In this document: piece by piece, positions 1 to 8,936 of the stretch
Numbering within the stretch: position 1 is the first letter of the stretch
Layout of the letters: each line of letters begins with the position of its first letter
Origin: Mycoplasma mobile 163K
GTDB lineage: Bacteria; Bacillota_I; Bacilli_A; Mycoplasmatales; Metamycoplasmataceae
Length of the DNA stretch: 32,000 nt
Reading direction: 5' to 3'
NCBI RefSeq assembly: GCF_000008365.1
Contig: NC_006908.1
Span: 450,001 to 482,000, forward strand
The notes under the pieces: generated by a model
Seen by the model: the letters and a program-made list of their open reading frames with translations, nothing else
The model's database searches: none
Told to the model about the DNA's origin: nothing
Position numbers and translations under genes: made by a program

Positions 1-1241
1 TTTGAATTGTAACTTGTATATTATTTTCAATAATTTTAATGTTCGATTTTAAAAGATTTATGCTTATGACAGGAATTTCTTTTTTTGTTGTTTTGGTAAA
101 ATTTTTTTGATATGATTCATTTTTAATTGAAAAAAACATTGAAGGTACATTTTTTGTAAAAAATAAAATCAAAGGAGGATATTTTATTTCAATTGAAAAT
201 CAAATCTACTATTTAAGAACAAAAGAAATACTTTTAGAAAATTTTTTTTACCATATTCAAGGATCTCTTATTAAATTAGATAATGCTGAATTTGAATTAT
301 ATTTAAAATCTAATCAAATTCATCATGAAATTATCAATTTTAAGATTATTGAAAAAAATGAATTTTTTAATTTAAGAAAAATTATTGAAAATTATTTAAA
401 TGATTCAGAAATTTTTTACAAAACTTATATGAATTTGTTAATTATTGGAAACAAAAGTAATGTAAATCAAATTTTTGTTGAAAAAATTAAAGATTTAAAT
501 ATGATTCATATATTTGTAATATCAGGTTTTCACTTTAATATTTTGTATTTTATCTTTAACAAAGGATTTAAATTATTAAAAATAAATGAAAATTTAGCAA
601 ACTTATTTATTTTTTCAATGTTAATATTTTATTTGTATATTCTTGATTTTAATATTTCTTCTCTTAGGTCGTTATTATTTCTTTTTGCTCATTATGTTAA
701 TAAAAAAATTCTAAAAAATAAATTTAGCAAATTGGAAATTTTAATATTCATTTTTGCAATATTATTTCTCTTTAATTTTTATATTATTTATTCACTATCA
801 TTTTTATTCAGTTTTGCTCTTGTATTATTAATTTATGCCTTAAATGTAATATCTTTTAAAAATAAAAGTTTCAAATTCTTCTTTTTTTCAATTTTTATAG
901 GTTTTGCTTCCATTTTGTTCAATTTGCACATAAATAAATCTTTTAATATGTTCTCTATTTTTTACAATTTTATCCTTTCTCCAATTGTTGCTGTACTCTA
1001 TGTATTTTCATTTATTTTAATGCCGTTTAAATTTTTATTAAATTATATTTTCTATCTTTTTGACTATCTACTTATTTTTCTAAATTCTACTTCAGTTCAA
1101 TTAAATTTAAATATTCAACATGATTGAATTGTTGTAATTTACTTTATACTATACGTATGTATTTTATTTATGGTAACGAAAACTACTTGATTTGAAATCA
1201 AATTAAAAAGCTTATATCCAAAAGTAAAACAGAACCTATAA
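1..1241 (+). CDS. comEC: ComEC/Rec2-family DNA-uptake channel protein, 5'-partial (runs off the window start)
   Basis: The frame is open from base 3 when TGA=Trp. The product is a multi-pass hydrophobic protein with the ComEC core motif region 'IHIFVISGFHFNILYF' (compare ISGLH). Track ORF 429..1127 ends at a TGA, and the real TAA stop is at 1239..1241 after a hydrophobic tail 'IVVIYFILYVCILFMV'. Confidence 0.8.
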
Positions 1242-2089
1242 TTTTTGATGAAGAGTCCAATATTTATGAATTAATAAATGAAATAGAATCTTATGATTTG
1301 TTTAGTAATGAAAAAACAATAATTGTAAAAAACTTGTGATTGTTAAAAAAAGAGGATAAAAAATTATCTGAAATATTGATTAGTTCTTTAGAAAATATCA
1401 ATAGCAAATATAAAATTATTTTTTTACTTGAAGAAGATAAAATTAATAATAAAAATTCTTTAATTCATTTTTTACTCAATAATTCAAAAGTTGATAATGT
1501 TAAAAAATATAACCCAAAAGAACTTATAAGTGTGATTGAAAAAATTATAGTTGCGAAAAAGGGAACAATTTCTCATGAAGCTATTATTGAATTTATTTTA
1601 AAAGTTCCTAATGACTTAAGAATTATCATCCAAGAAATCGATAAACTTCTTTTACTGACAAAAGATATCACAAAAGAAATTGTAATTTCAGAAACTTCAG
1701 ATTATTTTGAAAGTGATGCTTTTAGTTTTATTAATGCAATAAATGAATTTGATTTTAAAAAAATTTACGAAACATTACAAGAAAAAATTATAAATTATGA
1801 AGAAATAGGACAATTATTAGGACAATTGAATTCTCATTTAAATTTATCTTTTCTAATTCATACAAACTTTCAATTAGGAAAAAATTTAAAAAAAATTGAA
1901 GAACAATATAACATACATCATTTTCGCCTTCGAAAGGCTTTTGATTTCTTAAAAAAAATTGGTTATAAAAATCTTGTTTATCTAATAAGTAAAAATGCTG
2001 AACTAGATTTTGCTATAAAAAATGGTAGTATTGACGAAATAATAGGTATAAAAAATCTAATTTTAGATTTATTTAAAATTGATTTATAA
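1157..2089 (+). CDS. holA: DNA polymerase III delta subunit
   Basis: ATG at 1157 gives 'MYFIYGNENYLIWNQIKKL...', the typical HolA N-terminus (xYLIYGEExYL). It is in frame with track ORF 1340..2089 through two TGA codons. The product is about 310 aa and sits in the comEC-holA synteny common in Firmicutes and Mollicutes. Confidence 0.85.
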
Positions 2090-2097
2090 TTTTACAT

Positions 2098-3594
2098 ATG
2101 AAAAGCAAAAAAAAGGAACTATTTTATTTTTTAAGACCTTCATTATTTTATGATTCTAACAATACAAATGAAGGTGATTTTGAAGGACTTTTAAAGAAAA
2201 AAGAATATTTTCAAAAATTTCAAGTTGATAATGTGGTTTTTCCAAATTTACTAAAAATTTATGATGTAAAAAATAACACTGATTTGAAAAAAATTTTTGA
2301 TAGCAAGGGATATCTAGAAAGTTTAATTGATTTAATTTATTTTTTTAAGTCTAAAAAAATAAATGTTGGAGTAAAATTTGATGTTTCTGATTTGAATAAT
2401 GAATATAGTATCTTTTTAAAAATTCAAAAATTTTACAATAATGGCAAAAATCCTGTAGTAAATGATACTAATGATTTTTATTTAGTGGAAGAAAATTCTC
2501 TAGATAATAATCTAAAATCTAATTTTTCTAAATTCGAAATAATGGCAAAATTTTTTTTAAATATTGGATTTAATTTTTTTATTTTTGAAAACTTAGATAT
2601 TCTTTTTAATAGCAAAAATTTTGATAATAACTTAAATTTGTTGAATTTATATAAAAATGCTATTCAGAAAATTAATGAAAAATCTTATGTATTGGGTGAG
2701 TTTAAAAATTTTGATTTTTCTAACATTCAAAAAGTTGAAAAATCTAAAATTTTTCAAAAAATAATAATTTATAATTTATCTTACATAGGTATTAAAAACG
2801 AAAAAAAAATTAGTACAAATTGAAGAACTCATTTGCGTAAAATAAATTCAAAAAATAATTGAGATTTTGTTGTATTAAGTTTGAATAATGATGATTTTGG
2901 TTGATTTTTTTCTAGAAATGGAAAAGAAAATTTATATTCAGAAAACATAATGAAAGGATTTTTTTTATTTCAAGTTCTTATCAAAAATGACTTTCTTATT
3001 TTTAGCGGAGAAGAAATAGGCTCTTTAAGGTCTAAAAATATAAATTACAAAAATAATGTAAGTAAAAATTGATTAATTAAACGAATGGAATTGAAAAATA
3101 GAAACTGAACTAAAAAAAATATAGAAGATTATAGAAATTTTATTCATCCAACAAACATAAACACAGTATTTAATTGAAACAGCAATGAGAATGCAGGTTT
3201 TAATTCAAATCTTGAAAGAAAGAACTTGTCATTTCAATACAAAAAATTTAATTTAGAAGATTTGGAAAATAATAAATCCTCCATTTGGAATTTTTATTTA
3301 ATGCTTTTGAGATTAAAAAATAATGAAAAAATGATTGATATAATGAGCAATTTTAAATACAATATTTCATACAATATTTTTAATAAAAATGCTTTTGAAA
3401 TAAACTATAAAAACAAAAATAAGAATATTAAAATTCTTCTGAATTTTAGTTCAAAACCTACTAAAATTTTTATCTCAAAAAAATACAAAGTATTAGTAAC
3501 AACATATAGTAATAAGAAATATGATGAAAATGTTAAATTTTTAGATCCTTATGAATCACTAATTGCAATTAAAAATATTGAAATGAAATTTTAA
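2098..3594 (+). CDS. Glycoside hydrolase family 13 (oligo-1,6-glucosidase/alpha-amylase-like) homologue, catalytic motifs degenerate
   Basis: Track ORFs 2098..2823 and 3226..3594 are in the same frame. The gap contains only TGA codons (checked codon by codon), giving 498 aa. GH13 landmarks present are 'FYFLRPSLFYDSNNTNEGDFEGLL', 'VLGEF', 'IFSGEEIGS', 'FNWNSNENAGFN', 'SIWNFYLMLLRLKNNE' and a C-terminal 'LDPYESLIAI'. Confidence 0.75.
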
Positions 3595-3614
3595 TAAAAT
3601 GGTAAAATGATTTC

Positions 3615-4787
3615 ATGAAATATAATGAACAAAATTTTGAAGACAAATTAGACTTTATTTATGATTTAGTACTAAAAAATAAAACAAGTGAATTAAGTAA
3701 AGATGAATTTAAAACTAGAATAAAATCAATAATTGAAAGACTAAAAAATAAGAATATAAAATTTAGTCAATATTGATCTGGAAATTTAGGATTTTTTCTA
3801 TATAAAAATTCTCAAAAATTAGATTATGAAAATTTTTCTAAAAATTACACAAACAAAATAAATAAAAGTGCATTTGATATTTTTCATTCCTTAAATAGAA
3901 ATGAAAAATATCTAGATTTAGTAAATAAAAAACAATTTTTTGAACTTCTAGAAGCTTTAGAGGCTTTAAGTTCTTTTGATCTTAAGATTGTTGAATTGAA
4001 AAAATGATCAAAATGATTAACAGAAATTTTTGATAGTGAAATTTTGCTACAATATCTAAAATATATTTCAGATCCAATCATGTATTTTTTAGTAATTATC
4101 AAAGATGTTTTAATGCCTTTAAAAAAAATGAAGCAGATAGAAAAAAATGAATTTTACAATGAACTTACTAAAAATCAAAAGCACTTTCAGAAAACATTTA
4201 TCCATAATGAAACAAAATATAATTTGAAATTAAAATCAGTTCAAGAATATGATAAAGAAAATTTAGAAAATTTAAAATTAACTAAAGATGATGAAGATTT
4301 AAAAATGTCTTTAGATTTTGCTAAAAAATACAATATTAGTTTTCTAAGACTTTTTCAATTTTTAAGTTTTCCCTTTTTCATTGAAGAATTAGATAATATT
4401 CCTCAAAATATTTTTCTTGAACATAAAGATAATATTATTGTTTATAGTTCAAAGTACTATTGAGGATTTGAATTAAATGCTTCGGAATTTTTCTATAGAT
4501 TAATTCAAAAACACGAGAGAATTATTCCTTTTGTTTTTTTGTTTATGGAAAGCAGATCTAAAAAAATGGAAACAGAATACATTGAATTCACCAAATTACT
4601 TGATTTTTTCTTAATTTCAGAATCTAGTAACGAACCACTGGCTAAAATTATTTTATTAGCTTTAGAAGAAAAAGACAAATATGATATTTTGTTAAACGAT
4701 TTAAAATTTGTTAAAAATGAAGAATTATTTGCAAAAATTGACAAAGAAATTGATTCAATAAAAGAAGCATTATTTGAAGTAAATTAA
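3615..4787 (+). CDS. Hypothetical protein (paralogue A of a tandem pair), 390 aa
   Basis: ATG at 3615. Track ORFs 4044..4463 and 4539..4787 are in the same frame, and only TGA codons interrupt it (checked). No signal peptide or TM segment is evident and the composition looks helical. It shares 'DFAKKYNISFLRL', 'KW...' and 'EFYNELTK' blocks with the next gene. Confidence 0.6.
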
Positions 4788-4788
4788 C

Positions 4789-5859
4789 ATGAACAGTTTC
4801 CTATTAAGTGAAAATATTAGTAAAATTATTGATTTACACTTTAAAAAGTACAAAAAAATTGGTACTTTTTTAACTTATGAGGAATATAAAAGTACTCTAA
4901 TAAATTTCATGGGTTTTTTATTTGATAATGATTTATCTTTCTTATCATGAGAAACTATTCAAAAAAATTCCTCTGAAATTTTACTTGTCTCTAATGAAAC
5001 AATCAATAACTTTACTACTTCTTTAGTAAAGGTAAAAAGTGAAAAGTCAAAAGTCTTTCAAAATCGTGAATTAATTCAATACATTAATTCTTATGAAGAA
5101 TTTATTATAGATAAAATAGATTTTCATTTTTATAAATTTTTTGTAAAATTTTATGAAAAGATTAAAAACGAAAAATTGATAAAAAATGATTTTAAAGAAA
5201 TAAGATTTTTTACAAAATGAATGAACGAAAATATAGACTATGAAAAAATTTTAATTTTAGAATCTGAATATCCTGTTTCTGAATATTTGAATTTAATATT
5301 TAATATTTTAAAACCTATTGCAAAAGGACAGCATGTAGGTATTAAACAAAGAGAAACTTTTTATAAAGAATTAAAAGAAATATTATTGTTTAAAGAAACA
5401 TACCTCTTTAAACAAAATGATAGTTTAGAGAGAATCAAAAAATCTTTAAAAGTTTTTGGACCAACACTTTTTAGTGATGAAGAAAAAGTCAAAAAGATGA
5501 TTGTTGATTTTTCAAAAAAATATAATATTAACTTGATTTTACTCATGAATTCTTTGTATGTAGTTGATTCTATAAAAATTTTTGAATCATTTCCTCAAGA
5601 TTTATTTGCAAAAAACAATAAGTATATTTATATTGCAGATATTGCAAATGCAATAGGAATGGATATTATCGAATTTTGATTTGTTTCAAAACAAAAGTTT
5701 GATAATTTCGATCATTTTTATGAGTTTTATATCAAAAATTGTAGAAAAAATAATTTATATATTCTAAAATCTTTTTCAGAATTTGAAATATTTTTGAAAC
5801 ATGATTTTCATACAGATTTAATTTACAAGAAAATTTATTCAGCAAGAAAAAGAATTTAA
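4789..5859 (+). CDS. Hypothetical protein (paralogue B of a tandem pair), 356 aa
   Basis: ATG at 4789, one base after the stop of the previous gene. It is in frame with track ORF 5221..5679 and continues through TGA at 5677 to TAA at 5857..5859. The blocks 'DFSKKYNINLILL' and 'TFYKELKE' are homologous to gene 3615..4787. Confidence 0.6.
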
Positions 5860-5917
5860 TTTTATTGAAAAAGTATTGATTATTTTTTTATTTTTAATTA
5901 GAAAATAAAATAGAATT

Positions 5918-6343
5918 ATGAATAACAAAAAAGATTTTTATAGCCCAACAAAACATGAAAAATATATCAGCCAAGTGAATTTAAAGTTGAAAAATAATAA
6001 GGATTTTCATCTTGTTTTTATTATTTTGAAACTTAGCAATAATAAAATTAGTCTTAATAGATCTAAGATAAAATGAATTGTTGTTTTTTGTGAAATGATT
6101 GAAGATATATTTTGCAAAAAACAAAGTGAAATTTTAAAGTATTTAAACAAAAAAATATATTCACCATTTGAATATTCACATAATTTACATCTTTTAAAAT
6201 TAGAATTGCAACTATTTTTTAAATTCAAAAGAGATTTTAAAAAAATTTGAATTTTAATGTTTTTTTTAATACTTGTATATAAAAAAAATAGAATTATAAT
6301 TTTAAAATATTTGTATTGCTTAAAAAATGCATTAGTTTACTAA
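5918..6343 (+). CDS. Hypothetical small protein (141 aa) with a hydrophobic C-terminus
   Basis: A 142-codon frame with no TAA or TAG, which is unusual for such AT-rich DNA, and two in-frame TGA codons. The stop lies inside the terminator hairpin shared with clpB. No homology was recognised. Confidence 0.4.
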
Positions 6344-6353
6344 TGCATTTTTT
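6322..6353. terminator. Bidirectional rho-independent terminator hairpin between convergent genes
   Basis: Perfect 14-nt arms AAAAAATGCATTAG and CTAATGCATTTTTT flank a TTTA loop, with A and T runs on both sides. The stop codons of clpB (6332..6334) and of ORF 5918..6343 both lie inside the arms. Confidence 0.7.
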
Positions 6354-8467
6354 ATAACAAGATTCTCATTTTCAATCAAAATAATATAAGATTCATTAGG
6401 TTTCAAATTTCCTGAAATAATATTTAAAGCAATTTTGCTTTGGATTTTATTTTGAATAACTCTTTTCAGTGGTCTTGCTCCATAAAGATTATCATATCCT
6501 TGTTTTGAAATATATTCAACTATTGAATCATCGAATTTAATGAAAATAGTTTGATTTTGATAAACTCTTTTTTCTAATTCATTTAATTCATTTTCTATTA
6601 TTTCTTTTATTGTATCTTTATCCAGTTCTTTAAATGGGATAATTTCATCAATTCTATTTAAAAACTCTGGTTTTACAAATTTTAATAGTATTTTCCTCAA
6701 TTCTTTAGGATCATACACTTTTTCTAAAATTAAATCGGAACCCAAATTAGTAGTCATTATAATTATTGTATTTTTAAAATTAATTGTTTTACCTTTAGCA
6801 TCGGTTAATATTCCATCATCTAAAATTTGCAATAAAACATTTAAGACATCGGGATGAGCTTTTTCTAATTCATCAAAAAGCACAATCGAATAAGGTTTTT
6901 GTCTAATCAATTCTGTTAATTGGCCACCATTTTCATATCCAATATACCCTGGTGGAGATCCGATTATTTTAGAAATTGAATGTTTCTCTGAATATTCTGA
7001 CATGTCTAATCTAATGAGTTGTTTTTTACTATCAAAAAGAACATAAGCAAGTGATTTGGCTAATTCTGTTTTTCCTACTCCTGTTGGACCCATAAAAATA
7101 AAAGAACCAATTGGCTTGTTAGGATCATTGATATTTGCTCTAGATCTTAAAATTGTATCCGAAACAAGTTCAATAGCTTCTTCTTGCCCTTTTACTTGTT
7201 TTTTTAGTTCAGATTGTAAGTTTAATAATTTATCTTTTTGTTTTTCTAATAATTTAGAAATTGGGATCATTGTTCATTTGCTAACAATTTCAGCAATTTC
7301 ATTTTCTGTAACATCTTCTTTTATTAAACTATTTTTTTCTTTATTTAAATTTTCTAATATTTTCAATTCTTTTTCAATTTTTGGTAAATCACTATACATG
7401 ATTTTTGAAGCTTTTTCATATAGACCTTCATTTTGCAATTTTGAAACTTCATGTTTCAGACTCTCAATTTTTCTTTTCTTATCATTTAATTCAATAACAA
7501 CATTTTTTTCTGAAATTCATTTTTCGCTTAATATTTTATGTTCAGAGTTTAGTTTTTTTAATTCATTATTAAGCTCTTCAACTCTTAAATTACTTTGAAT
7601 AGTATTTTCAGATTTCAAAGCTGCTTTTTCAGTTTCAAAAGTAATAATTTTTTGTTGAATTTTTTCTAATTCTTCGGGTTGAGAATTAATTTCAGTTTTA
7701 ATTGTCGAAGCTGCTTCATCCACTAAATCAATTGCTTTATCTGGTAAAAAACGATCTGAAATATATCTAGCAGATAAATTTGCTGCTGCAATCAAAGCCT
7801 TGTCACTTATTTTTACATTATGAAATGTTTCAAATCTTCCTTTTATACCTCTTAAAATTGTAATTGTGTCTTCGATGTTAGGTTCAGCAACTTTTACTTT
7901 TTGCATTCTTCTTTCTAAAGCTGAATCACTTTCAATGTATTTTCTATATTCTTCGATTGTTGTGGCTCCTACTAGTTGCATTTGTCCTCTTGCTAAAGCC
8001 GGTTTAAAAATATTTGCAGCATCCATTGTAGAATTTGAACTGTTTTTTCCGGTCCCAATCAGTAAATGAATTTCATCAATAAAAATTATGTATTTTCCTT
8101 GATTTTTTTCGATTTTATCCATTAAACTTTTGATTCTTTCTTCAAATTGCCCTTGGTAAGATGCTCCTGCAATTAAAGAAGGTAAGCTTATTTCTATTAC
8201 TTCTTTATTTTTTAAATCTTCTGGAACTTGTGCATCATGGATTTTTTTTGCCAAACCTTCTACAATTGCAGTTTTCCCTACACCTGGTTCTCCAACAAGA
8301 ACAGGGTTATTTTTTGTTTTTCTTGATAAAATTCTAATAATTCTTCTAATTTCGTCTTCTCTACCAATAACAGGTTCTAACATGTTTTTCTTAGCCAAAT
8401 CTGTTAAATTCCTTCCAAATTGTTTCAATGGATCATTATCATCTGGTTTTTTGTAGTTCATTTGCAT
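6332..8467 (-). CDS. clpB: ATP-dependent chaperone ClpB (short form without the N-terminal domain), 711 aa
   Basis: Track ORFs 6332..7270 and 7517..8467 are in the same frame and joined through TGA codons (checked). Two AAA+ modules carry Walker A motifs 'GEPGVGKT' and 'GPTGVGKT'. A coiled-coil M-domain lies between them, and a GAGGAG RBS lies upstream. Confidence 0.97.
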
Positions 8468-8519
8468 ATGTTAACTCCTCAATTTTAATATCATCATATA
8501 AATATAATAGCATAAAAAA

Positions 8520-8546
8520 TTAGCACTCTTATTATTAAAGTGCTAA
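8520..8546. promoter_or_regulatory. CIRCE operator (HrcA binding site) upstream of clpB
   Basis: TTAGCACTC-N9-AAGTGCTAA matches the consensus TTAGCACTC-N9-GAGTGCTAA with one mismatch. It lies 53 nt upstream of the clpB ATG. Confidence 0.85.
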
Positions 8547-8554
8547 TTTTTAAT

Positions 8555-8893
8555 TTAATTTTCTATTACTATATTTTGAATTTCAAATAAAGGGTTGTTC
8601 AAAAAATTTGATTCTGGAAGTCATTTAGCTTCTAGAAAAATGTAACTATTTTGTCTAATTTCATCTAAAGCTTTTTTAGAGATATATGTTGTTGCTTCTA
8701 AATAAATGTCTACAATTTCATTTGTTCCACTTAATTCAATTTGTAAAGGTCTAAAAACTCTTTTTTCATCATTGAATTTTGAGGCTCTTTGAATATAATT
8801 GACTCTACCTAAAAAAGTGTGCACAGTTTTTATATCTCTTTTGAAATATGCTTTTTGATTTGCAATTTTATTTGCAAAAATATTTTTTGTCAT
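8555..8893 (-). CDS. Hypothetical protein, 112 aa (possible OB-fold/SSB-like; weak guess)
   Basis: Track ORF 8621..8893 ends at a TGA; read-through gives the TAA stop at 8555..8557. There is a good RBS (AAGAAGG) 6 nt upstream of the ATG. The pattern 'HTFLGRVNYIQ...RVFRPLQIELSG' resembles OB-fold strands only loosely. Confidence 0.6.
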
Positions 8894-8936
8894 TTTACCT
8901 TCTTGAATTTTAATATAATTTAATATTGATTATTTA

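Noticed and set aside
7056-7598. A 180-aa plus-strand ORF, and 7866..8069, lie inside the clpB locus.
   Set aside because: They are antisense to a strongly supported ClpB coding frame. The low-complexity Ser/Phe/Leu-rich translation is typical of the reverse strand of AT-rich genes.
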